A stretch of 64,000 bases of DNA from Cyanophora paradoxa CCMP329 (lineage: Eukaryota; Plantae; Glaucophyta). The notes below the pieces were generated by a model. It was not told the DNA's origin and ran no database searches. It saw nothing but the letters and a program-made list of their open reading frames with translations. The translations under genes were made by a program, and so were the position numbers. Every line of letters starts with the position of its first letter. Position 1 is the stretch's first letter. Positions 25,484 to 36,438 of the stretch are shown here, piece after piece. Location of the stretch: assembly GCA_004431415.1 (NCBI GenBank), contig QPMI01000227.1, forward strand, positions 62,001-126,000. The letters run 5' to 3'.

Positions 25484-25549
25484 CCCAACCCCCTCTCACC
25501 ACCTGAGCTCACCCGCCCTGAGGACTCGTTTGCGATAATGAGTTAGTTT

Positions 25550-26462
25550 TTCTCCAGTAGTACCTCATCAGATGATGACGACCCCCCTGGTGGACCCGAC
25601 CCTGCCCCTGACCCTGGTCCTGTGGTTCACTCACCCCCTCACCCGCTGCCACCTCACCCGCCGCCCGATATTGACTCGGAGGATGAGCCGCCTCTTCAAC
25701 GCCGTCGTGTTGTTGCTTCAGTATTTGGTCTTGATGCTGCTATAGATGATACAGGTTCACCTCCGCCCTCTCCTCAAGTTATCATCTATGTGGATGACAC
25801 TGAGCTTGCCCCTGATCTGCTGCCGATCTCTCCTATCCGAATTGACGCTGTTGCTGTTGAGCCCGACTTGGCGAGTCATGCTGTCATTTCTTCCCTCGCT
25901 CCTCCCTCTTCTGCCCCTCTGCCTTCTTCTGCGCCTATGACGCCCATGGATACTGATCCTCTTTCTCCTTCTATTGTCCCGCCTAAGCGTCGTCGAATGT
26001 CTTCTCCAGACCCTGCTGCTCTGGATCATGGTGATAACATTCCTGGTGTCCCACCTCAGGTTTCTTTCAAACGCTTGCGGCCTTCACCTCCTCCAACTCT
26101 CCCATCTGCTGCCCCTATGGATCTCGCTGTTGACCCAGGTTCCCCAATGGTGCTTATCTCTGACGAAGAGGCTGATGACATGACTGATGGCTGAAGGTTT
26201 CACACGTGAGGTCGTGACCAGGACTCCCCCAGGCCGGCATTAGGAAGAGGCCCGCATTGGGATGTCTGTGGTTGCTTTCCGTGTCTGCGTGTATGAGCGC
26301 CGGACCGCCGGGGCATAGATGGTAGACCGTAAGGCGTTTGCGCCGCCACTACCCTTGTCTGGTTGGTTCACTGTCGATTGTGCTTCGGGCCTTCGGGTCC
26401 TTCGCCTTTCGTCAAAACCGCACAACCGGCTCGGGCGTGTCTTATACATACTCTCTCTCTCT
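25550..26462 (+). mobile_element. 5'-truncated non-LTR retrotransposon (ORF2 acidic/Pro tail, 3' UTR, (TC)n tail)
   Basis: Homologous to 34165-35091; shared 3' UTR ending GTCTTATACATACTC. Confidence 0.8.
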
Positions 26463-26489
26463 AGAGACGAGCATATCCCGGCGTGTCGC

Positions 26490-26605
26490 AGGGGGCGGCG
26501 CGGACGGGCTCACGGCCAAGGAGGTGACGTGGCACGACACGATCTGCGGTCTGATCGCCCTCGACCTGGGGCTGTGCAACATTCTCGTCGCGTACATCCC
26601 GGGGT
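26490..26605 (+). pseudogene. Possible TnpB/Fanzor RuvC-I fragment
   Basis: Peptide ICGLIALDLGLCNILVAY resembles the hhxhDxG..N RuvC-I motif; single short motif only. Confidence 0.3.
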
Positions 26606-26619
26606 GCATACACCAGTCA

Positions 26620-26722
26620 ACCGGCCACCTGTAAACACCAGGAAAAGCACAGAGATGATGCCGACAGACGATGTGAACACCACGAGTGCAAAAAGCGACA
26701 GCCATCCGCCATATCGAATCAC
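26620..26722 (-). pseudogene. Fragment of a diverged paralogue of the PKD multi-TM gene
   Basis: IRYGGWLSLFALVVFTSSVGIISVLFL versus IRYGGFLSLFGLIVFASSVGIIVLLFL at ~30.0-30.1 kb. Confidence 0.8.
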
Positions 26723-26740
26723 CTAGGCCGAATCACCTAC

Positions 26741-26954
26741 GGGACGAAAGAGAGACGAAAGTTGGACGAAAGGGGTAGCCGAAAAGTTGGACGGAAAGTT
26801 GGACGGAAGTTGGAGGAAAAGTTGGACGAAATTAAGGGTACTACGGTAGCCGAAAAGTTGGACGGAAAGTTGGACGAAAGTTGGACGAAAGGGGTAGCCG
26901 AATTCGAAAAGTTGGACGGAATCGAAAGTTGGACGAAAGTTGGACGAAAGTTGG
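26741..26954. repeat. Degenerate (GAAAGTTGGAC)n array, inverse of 17218-17294
   Basis: More than ten AAGTTGGAC cores interleaved with GGTAGCCGAA. Confidence 0.9.
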
Positions 26955-27230
26955 CCCCCTCAGGGCTCGTAGGGGCTCCCGCCACTGCCACGAGACAACC
27001 CCCGCTGCCACAAGACGCGATGCAGCACCACGCCGTGCGGGCACCTGCAGCTATAGCTAGAAGAAGAAGAGTATGTATAATTATAAGACACGCCCGAGCC
27101 GGTTGTGCTATAGCTAGCCAGAGTGTCCACTGGGAGGCGCATTTCTCTCCTTAGGGGGCCACGCAGGCCCCGGCCGGCCAGTTCACTGGTGGGCTGGGCG
27201 CGCGGCCGCGGGGGCCGCAGTGTACATTCC
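26955..27230. repeat. Copy of a dispersed non-coding repeat family
   Basis: Aligns with 44038-44277. Confidence 0.85.
27061..27107 (-). mobile_element. 47-bp LINE 3' end with 10-bp target-site duplication CTATAGCTAG
   Basis: TSD at 27051-27060 and 27108-27117; single empty site in the paralogous repeat at 44134-44143. Confidence 0.9.
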
Positions 27231-27356
27231 CCTGCTCCGCTCGGGTCGACCCGAGGCTGACCCCCCCCCCCCCCCCTCCTCTTTCCCTCTGACGAAGCAA
27301 TCCTCCATTCCGAAGGCTAGTGAAGCAATCCTCCACTCTGAAGGCTGATTGACTAC

Positions 27357-30300
27357 CTACACAACAAGGGCTGATGCAGGTGGCAGCGGATCCTCAGGGC
27401 GGGTGAGCTCAGGTGGTGAGAGGGGGTTGGGTGGAACATGACTTGTGGATGTCAGCGACGAAGAAGATGCCATTTGGGCGGCTTGCTGACTTGCTGGGAA
27501 GAAGACAGTGTTTCCGTATCGAAGATGACTCAAGGTCGCTGTACTGCGGCATGGGCCGAAGAAAGGATGCGCGAGCAGGGCTTGGATGGGGGGTGCAGAG
27601 AAGTTCTGCTCATCTAACGTGGATGGCAGATCATCCAGATTTCTCTGCGAAGGAGTGTTACTGCTCACATAGCAAGAACTATTGTTTCCGTACCACGCCA
27701 ATCATGTTTGCAAGCAAGTCCAATAATGCACTATCCATGGGAGCAGCGGAGAGGGACCTTTCGAGGCTACGAAGAACCTGTAGGAGTGCAAGGGCGAATT
27801 TTGGGATGTCCCCGCTGCAATCCTTGGGCGGGGGAGTCCTTGGATGCACATGAAGTGTAAGTTGCAAGAAACGTTCAATCAATCCGGAGAATCGCAGACC
27901 TGGCAGAGTTCAGTATTGTCGTACCCACCTCCCCTCGAGCATTCAAAATCCGGGCTGATGCGTTGAAATTGGAAATGACGACGAGAGGACTGCCGGGAAA
28001 ACATAATTTAGGCTTGGTGGTGGGATTAATTGAAGATGTGCATACGACTTCGTGAGGTCGATTGTGAAGGTCTCTGGCCCCTGTGCAGAAAAAGTGCATA
28101 AGCAAGAAAACGAAAGGCAGCAGTTTCGTCCAACTTTCGTCCAACTTTCGTCCAATACACAGCGCAGTAAGCGCACAAATACATAGTGCAAGAACCGCTT
28201 TCCGTCGAGTGCAGAGCTGGAGTTGAGCTGTGCCTTTGCCTTTGAAAGCCGCCTCTTCTGCATCCAAAGCTCACTGCTAGTGAAAGGTATGACAACAAAG
28301 TAAGCACCTCGAACTCTGGGACGAATTCTCCGGGGATGGAAACCATAACTGCGTTTATCTCGAATCCAGAATAATCGAGAGATGTCATCTGACGGGGGAA
28401 TTGGACGGGGTTTGACAGGGGTTGGAGAGAAGCACGAAATAACCTGTGCAGCCTTGAGTGCAACGAGAAGCTGGCAAAGAACGTTTCTCAAGAGCTCAGT
28501 GCATGTGGCTGGGCTATCCGAATACGAAACCATTCGAAGGAAAGCTTTAACAGAGAGAAAAAAAAATTAGGACATTGCGAGAGAGGGTTCAATCTGAGCA
28601 GCACCTGTTAGTGAGCAGTCCGTTGGAGTTATTACTGCAGCGACGGTGTGGCTGCCAGCATTCTTCGAAGTGTTCTGCACTGAGTGTCAGCTGAAAACTG
28701 TACTCCACTCCACCAATCGGGGACTACCTTCATCAAGAAGAAGTCGAACACTCGAGAAACATTGTAAAACTTCCCGCCGAATGCAGCTCGGAGAGCACGG
28801 TCCAGGGAGGCAGCTACACGTACGCCTGCAAAAGACTTCCCGCTGGGTGTTCCTGGGTGATCAATGCATGCAACCTGGCAAGGGTGCCCGCGCCAGCTGT
28901 TCGTTCCCGATTTGTTGCCCGCAATGCGACTGAAATAATCTCCGATCTCGAAAACAGGGAATCCCTGCTCGGGTGGTGTTGACTCTCGCTCGACCTGTTG
29001 AGTAAGTTTTTAGAACAGTGAGGCGGTATAGAAGCTCGAAGAGCAGCAGGCTCACCGTGAGGCCAACCTCTTGAATGCCAGCCTTTGCAATTTCCCGGTC
29101 GATCTCAGAGCAAACCGCTTGGTCTGCCAGCAGGATTTTATGGTTGCCATCACAAAACACGAAGGCATCTCCGGACGAAAGAACCTCCACGCCCCAGCCA
29201 CGCTTGGAGATCTCAGACCCGAAGCCCCGCTTTGCAAACGGTGCGTCCAGCTCAGAAGCCTGGAAGACCTGGAAGGTCTTGTATGTCCCGATAAACTGTG
29301 ACTTGCCCCTCTCAGTATCCGAGAGAATTCCGCCAGTGCTCCGCGAACTCCAGACAGGGGCAGCATCAGGCCACCAAGCATTCTTGAACACTGCTGTGCA
29401 ATCCGAGAGTTCTTGAACAATCTTAAGGAGTAGCCCAAGAGTGTTCAAGAACAGCAAGAAGCCACCTGGGGACAAAAAATTAGAGCTGCAGCCTTGAGGG
29501 CAATTGTTTAATGCACCGACAAAGGTTGCCTCCCGGTTCCCGGACGCAAACACCAGTGTTAAGACTGTGCTGCAGTGCATTGCCGAGGATGCCATGTTGC
29601 TGACAGGTGCGAGGTATCTGGAAGAGGTTGAGGCTGTTACTGGATTAAAGGTGGTGGCAAAATCTTTCACGCACGGGGTAAACAGGATGCAATGGGCTGC
29701 CTGAATGATTGCTATCACAAAAAGCAGCAGGAAGTTGAACAACGGCGCCTCTCGGCCAGATAGGCCAATGACGAAAGTGACACTTGCCCACACTGACAAG
29801 AAAGTGGGGCAGAAGAGCCATGAAAAGAAGCTTGGGCGGAAATTCAAGAAAAAGATTTTCCACGTGGACGAGCTGTCATCCCAATTTCCCTGCATCACAC
29901 CAGAATTTCCTGTGAGATTATTCCAGATTCTCTGTGCTGGTTGACCTCCACCAGACAGCGCCAACCGGAAATCGGTTGGCGGCACTGCTTCTGAGCCTTC
30001 CCAGATGGGCCGCCGGCCACTCAGCCGCAGGAAAAGCAGAACGATGATGCCGACAGAAGAAGCAAACACTATAAGCCCGAATAGGGAGAGAAATCCGCCA
30101 TATCGAATCGCCGATGCGGAATTGACTAGCAGAACGGGCAAAACAATTTGGCTGCCAAGATACAGCTCGAGCTGCGGGAATGCAAAGTGACGCCTCTTCC
30201 AGAGGAACATTACTCCACGCACAACACCAAGAAAAGCCATGAGCATGAAGCACCAGAACAAGGCGCCCCTGTAGAGCAAGTAAGTGCCAAAGCAGTGCAC

Positions 30301-32076
30301 ATAAAATAAGTAGGCTGACCAGAAAAACGATTTTGTCTCTGATTTGGCGCAAGTCTCAGCCGTGAATGGAACCCCAGGCATGCCGACAGCTAGGAAGATG
30401 CGCAGAGGGAAAAGAAAAGATTGGAAGATTGGAGGATACCAAGTCCCCAAGTTGAGAAGAAGCGCCAGTAGTTGTGCATGGGATATTGCCCCTCCTATAA
30501 CAAAGAAGCTTTTCGGTGGTGTCCCCGACATAGCGAGCGTCGCCATGTTCACGAACAGAAGCAGAACGAGCAGTGTTGCGACAATGGCGCCAAGAACCCT
30601 GGAGAACACGGCGCCACCAATGGACCTGAAGGAATTCAGGCCTGAATTGCACCAAACGATAATCACTTACAGCACGACTTCTTTCTCGTCCACGGATATC
30701 CCGCCAACAAGCATATGGATTCCAAAACGATACTCGCCTTCGACCCTGCAAAACCTTTGGTCGACGAACGAGGTATGCAGCATTGTGCGCACGCTGAGCA
30801 AATTTGAAGAACCGGCGTAGTAACTGCAGAGAGAGATATTTGGCTGGGGCCCGAGATCTGGCGCCACTCGTAGTTGACGGGCAGCCCAAATTTCCCGATC
30901 TCGGCCAGCGAGGACGAAGGGGTCGCCCGAATCTCGTAATGCTCCCCAAGCGGAAGGTCTCGGACTTGTTTCTCTGCAACAGACAACGCGCCAGACACAA
31001 CCAAGACTTTTACCATCTTGGAGACAGCTGCCTGGGTCTTGTCCTTGCACTCGAAGTGAATGCGGTAAACTGGTGGCGGTCAGCGTCCTTACTGCAGTAA
31101 TGTCTGGCATGGAGCAGGTACTGAGCACTTACTTCCAGGGAGGGCGAAGGTGGCAGTCAGCGTCGAAGTGTCTGACCCCGCCAAAACTACGCCGTTTTCG
31201 GGGCCCTCAGCAACCATCCACAAGTACCTGAGCTTAGATTAGCTTCCCTTCCATGCAGCCAACTGTTCGTTCCCTACCACTTTGAACCTCCTACCACTCA
31301 CCGAGAGATGAACCCATCGGCATCGGGATCTTTGCACGATCCTGAAATCTGCACCTGCCCTTCCGGGAGTTTTACGACGAGGTGATCGGGTACTGAGAGC
31401 TCCACGATGGGTGGTGCCCCGGAAGCTGCTACAATGACATGCACTTCGGCAGAGGCTGATTCGCCGCTGCTGCTTGTTGCTGTGAATCTGAAGACGTACT
31501 CCCCAGCGATGCTGCCCGGCTTAAGCTTTGATTTGGATTCGGACCTTATTGATTTCGCTGGAGCGGGAGGTTTGGAAATCGCTTACGGTTGGAAGATCTT
31601 CAATATGTATTCAACGCCTGTCGAGGCTGGCGTTTCCGCCTGGACGTAGCCTGTCGGCGACGAAATTTGATCCCATCTCCCGCTGGTGATCTGACCTGCG
31701 CGTGTGGAGCGTCAGCCTCGCAGCTGCGGCACGCCGCCGTGAAGGGAGCCCGTCAGGCGGGCTGGCGCTGCATCTCTCTGCACGTCTAGCATCTACCATA
31801 GCACGCGAGTGCATGCATGCATCTAGACTCAAAGATAGTGCGTTCGAAACGGTAGTACCGTCGCCGTCGTCCGCGGCCGTCGCCTTGAGCTCGAAGGTCT
31901 TCGCAACCGGGAAGTGAAGGGGCCCCTTCTCCACATAGATGACAGGCCGCGCGTAGGCTGCTCGGCGTTTAGCTAGGTTTTCGGGCATCGGAACCGAGAG
32001 CGCGCGTACCGCCGACGGCGAGAACCGCAAGCACAGCTAGCGCTAGCGGGAAAGCGCTAGCGAGCGCCGCCCGCAT
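27357..32076 (-). CDS. Signal-peptide membrane protein with PKD/KIAA0319-like Ig domains, multi-TM region and cytoplasmic tail
   Basis: Signal peptide MRAALASAFPLALAVLAVLAVGGTRAL (ATG 32076); DDG..GQITSGRWDQISSP and VNYEWRQISGP PKD motifs; 601-aa hydrophobic ORF 28861-30666. Confidence 0.7.
28123..28155. repeat. Short GTCCAACTTTC array, probably intronic
   Basis: About three copies of the same 11-mer. Confidence 0.85.
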
Positions 32077-32145
32077 TGCACGTGCGGCAAAGCCACGGCC
32101 GAGGGCGGCACAGCAGAGTTAACTGCAGCCAGCGGGTACGTCGAT

Positions 32146-32670
32146 TTGGGAGAGCGTTCGTCTGCCCAACGCGGAGGCAAGCGCAAGCGGTCCAGCTCTG
32201 TGGGGCGTCGCGTTAAGCGCGGTGTTACTGGCCGTCGCACGCGGTTGTCTCGGTCTATGGTCGTCCCTCGCAACATCTATCGTTTCGCCAGGTACGGGTT
32301 CTCGAACGACGTCTCGTTCGCCCTCAACGCCGACGGAAACCATTTCGGATCCATTACGGCGTACGGTCTCGGCACGGTCGGTGCCATAGGTAGCGCGAGC
32401 CCGGTGATGCCGGCGGTTGCGGAGTTCGCCAACCTCTTCGATTCATACAAGCTGAACCGCGTCACCATCGAGATCATCAGTCCGTATGATGGTAATCTCG
32501 GACCGCAAAACAATTCGACTAGCGCTACGGCTAGCGGTGCATGGGCCCCGACCCCGAAGATCTACTGGTATTACGACATCGACGACAACACCGCGCCGGC
32601 CGATAGTCTAGATCTCCACGAGCGCATTGATAACACAGGCATGCTAGCTGCGGACATCGCAGAAGCTTGA
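32146..32670 (+). pseudogene. Endogenous CRESS-DNA virus-like capsid fragment
   Basis: Arg-rich N-terminus (KRKRSSSVGRRVKRGVTGRRTR), EFANLFDSYKLNRVTIEI and PKIYWYYDIDDNTAP; intronless, no in-frame ATG, C-terminal half missing. Confidence 0.8.
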
Positions 32671-32699
32671 GCTGGGTCTGTGCTACCTACGGGGGCGAC

Positions 32700-35091
32700 A
32701 AGCCTGCGGGCAACGCAGGCAGGGCCCGCTGAAGGGGGGTACGCGGTCCCCCTATCCTGCCCAAACTACGACGCGGCCTGCGCCGCAGCTATCCCGTTGC
32801 CCTCCCAGATGTACTTGCGATCCGGCCCGCGGCCCGTGCGATCGACTTCATTCCCGTGCCTGTGCATGCGCTTAGCCTTGTTAAGAACGCTTGCAAGTTG
32901 TCCTCCATGCCTGCACTCGTCCGGTTCCTCATGAACTCGGTGCAGCTTTCCGACCTTACACTCCGCCCGCTGCCACCGTCGTCTTCCCGTACGTTTGCGT
33001 TCTACTCTGACCGCGAGAACATCAACGATCGTTCAAAAGAAGAGCTGCGCCTTTCTAAATCGGTTGCGCACAAGCTGCCTGCTGCCCCGTCGCGTTTCAC
33101 GGTTCACGGCGTGTACAAGTACCTCGCCTCCCACGCTTTCATGGCACCGACGACCGCTGAGGCTAAGTGGCGTGCTGATCTCTCTTCTAAGTTCTTCTGG
33201 CCGCCAGGCTACGATGCTCGTGTCGATCGCTTCCCCTGGTTCAATACGGTTATTCCCGACCTGCGCTACGCTCTCACGCAGCGCGTCCTTGACGGCTACT
33301 TTGCTCTGCGCTACAACGCCCTCCGCACATCGTCCCGCATCGCTGCTATGGCTGCGCGTGATCTTCAGCGTCCCGCTTCGGCGAATTTGCTTGACAGTGA
33401 GCTTCTCTCTTCGCTATGTCCGGTCTGCCACCGGCACTGCAACGCGCTGCACGTCTTTGCTCTTTGCCCCGTAGTGCAGCAGTTCTGGTCGCTTCTCTTC
33501 CATGCCCTGCGGCTCCAGCCGATGCCCATCCCTTCTGCACGCTTTGTTGCCTGGCTGCTCACTGGCTCGGTCCGTTTCTCTGATACTTGGATGTTTCTCC
33601 AGAACTGGGAGTGGCAGGTTGTTCGGATTCTTGGTCTGCACGTCATTTTCCGCTCGTATTCTCTAGCCTATCGTACAGGTCGATCTGAAGCTGCTGCTAC
33701 GTTTGCGATGGACCCTGACATACAGCTGCCCCTTACACCTTCCTCCAAAACCGGTTTGAAGACGGCCACTCTGATGTCTGCCTTGTTTCGCGAGCTCGAT
33801 GATTTCATGGACATGCTTCCTCGTCGTTTACCTCGATTCAAAGTCACTTATGTCCGTGGGGATTTCCGTTTCATTTCTACGGTTGATCCATCTCACTCCT
33901 CATTTTGCGCTAATCTCTTGGACGCTGCTCGTGCTTATGACCATTCCCTAGCCTCTTATGAGCATTGCGAACATATCGCTCAGCCTGCTCCTAGCCCCGA
34001 TCTGGCCCCTAGCCCCCTTGTTGCTCAGTTTGCCTATGCCAGTGTGCGGCCTGTCCTGCTGCAACGCCTTGAAAAGGAAGATCTTGCAGGGTATATGTCC
34101 CCCCCTGATGATGGTTCGGACCCCTCTGACCTTTCAGACCTGGGCCCTGATGCTCCTGATGACTCTTCCACTAGCACCTCTTCGGACGACGACGACCCTC
34201 CTGGGGCACCAGATCCTGCTCCTGCTCCTGACCCTATGCTTCCTCCGTCTCCTTCGCCCCCTCACACTCCCCCTCACCCTCCGCCGGATTTTGACACTGA
34301 AGACGAACGGCCTCTTCGTCGTCGCCGTGTCGATGATTTGGGACCCCCTGTGCCAGCGTCTGACGTTGTCGATGACACGGTTGATGATACCAGTTCGCCT
34401 CCACTCTCTCCTCAAGTGATTATTGACCTCTTTGATCCCGAACACGACGCTGAATTACCTCTGTCTTCTCCTGTAGTTGCTGCTGACATCACTGATGATG
34501 CTCACGATGTTGGGAGCCATTCGTCATCTCTTCCTTCTCCCTCTGTTCCTATGGACACTGACCTTGATTTGCCCCCTGGTTTCACCCTGAAGCGCCGTCG
34601 ACCCTCTTCCCCTGCTCTTCCTTGCTTCTCTGATGGTTTCACGGACGGATCCAGTGACCCATCTTTTCCTCCTTCCGTTAAACGTTTGCATCTTTCCTCT
34701 CCTGCTGACCTTTCAGTTCTCAGTGACGATTCTGGTTCTCCTGTTGTGCTCATTGACTGTGTTGATGATGCTGATGACATGGTTCTTTAATCTTTCTCTC
34801 TCTATCACTACAATTCGGGCTTACAAATGTGAACGGGATCGGGAATACCCCAGGCCGGCATTAGGAAGAGGCCCGCATTGGGATTTCGCCGATTGCTTAC
34901 CAGGTTTGCGTGTATGAGCGCCGGACCGCCGGGGCATACATGGTGAACTGTATAGGCGCATGTCTGCGCCGCCACTACCCTTGTCTGGTTGGTTCACTGT
35001 CGATTGTGCCTTGGGCCTTCAGGTCCTTCGCCTTTCGTCACAACCGTACAGCTGGCTTGGGCGTGTCTTATACATACTCTTCTTCTTCTTT
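32700..35091 (+). mobile_element. 5'-truncated L1/Tx1-like non-LTR retrotransposon (zf-RVT, 3' UTR, (TTC)n tail)
   Basis: 644-aa intronless ORF with CPVC..H....C zinc knuckle (CPVCHRHCNALHVFALCPVVQQFW); UTR shared with 26226-26455; 5' boundary approximate. Confidence 0.85.
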
Positions 35092-35316
35092 GGGGGGCGG
35101 GGGCGGCCCGCAGCGGGCCGGAGCCGGCCAGCAGAAGGGGCTTGAGGCGGAGCCCCGCGTCCACGCCCGAGAGGAACCGCAGGAGGATGTTCCTGCGATT
35201 ACAGACGGTCAGGTTGCGACTTGTTCCCGCAGGCTCATCTCTCGACTTGACACAGATGGACACTGCAGTCATATCCCTAGCCATTTGTCTCGGTGTGTGC
35301 GAATTTTTGTAAGGTC

Positions 35317-35530
35317 AGGTTGCGATTACGAGACATCGATCGCGATTAGATTTCAATGGGTTAAGATTAGGATATAAACTTAATGTTTACTGGGGTGACC
35401 TCGAGCGGAGGGTTGCGATTACGATTCTACTGGTTCAGATATAGCGGAGGTTGCGATTACGATCGCGATTTAAGGAGGTTGCGATTACGATTTCAGGAGC
35501 GGAGGTTGCGATTACGATTCTAGCGGAGGT
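35317..35530. repeat. Five GGTTGCGATTACGA motifs separated by variable spacers
   Basis: Copies near 35318, 35411, 35449, 35477 and 35504; same core as the 17.0-17.2 kb array. Confidence 0.85.
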
Positions 35531-36438
35531 CGCGCCCCTCCCGGCCGGCGCCAGCGCCGCGGTCCGGAAGAATCCGAGCCATCCGACCTCCGAAAGTATG
35601 ATCGTCCTAGCTTTGTATGCGCAAGAAGAAGAAGAAGAAGAATTCGAAGAAGAAACCCTTTAAATTTGTACCCCTCTATAGCTACACCCTTTCACTGGCT
35701 TTCAGCCTTCACGCTTCAACTGCGTTCAGCGTAGACAGGGCCGCGTATTTCGCTGTCGCCCACTACGTAGTGAAAATTAACTGCGGGGAAAAAAGTGTGA
35801 TGCCATGATGATGCAAGTGCCGCCTCGGTGCCGCCTCAATTCCTCCGAGCTCGTAGTGTCTTGATACTTTGCGTACCCGTCCTCTACTGGCATCCCATTG
35901 GCTGTTTCACTAGATTTCCTAAGAACGTAGCTTACGATGACGTAGCTCGAGCTAGCTAGCTGTGTACTACGCCAGCCTGGGCTATAGCTACGCATAGGAA
36001 GGTGGGGCCCTCGCCGTTGCCGGCCCAGCGCGAGCCGTTGCCCCCCCGGGGCCGAGCCTCGGAGGCCCGTAAGGGGAGTAATCGCAGATCATCGGATCTC
36101 TAAACCCTAAGGACTCTTTAAAAGTCGTAGCTTTAAATTTGTGTATAGCCAGGAAGAAGAAGAAGAGCTCTGTACCCCTCTGCACCTGCCTTGCAGTGCC
36201 TTCAGACTTCAGCCTTCAGGCATCAGGTTCGCTGCTGGTGCACATCGCCAACTAGCCGCTCTCTTAGAGCTGCGTACGAAGCAGAAGCCCTTAGCACACG
36301 CACGCGACCCCGCGATCATCGCTGCGTTCAGCGGGGGCTCAGTCTCGATCAGCGTTCAGTCTCGCAGTGCAGTTCTTGATTAATCACTAGTAATAGTCAG
36401 CTCAGTCGCGCAGCACCGGGTAGAACCCGCATAGCAGC

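Noticed and set aside
31790-32040. CRESS Rep gene opposite the capsid
   Set aside because: No HUH or Walker motifs; explained as the signal peptide and first PKD exons of the host gene
34852-34940. HDV-like ribozyme (starts GGCCGGCAT)
   Set aside because: P3/L3 and the nested pseudoknot elements are absent
35317-35530. CRISPR array
   Set aside because: Repeats are only ~14-18 bp, spacers are irregular, there are no cas genes and the context is eukaryotic
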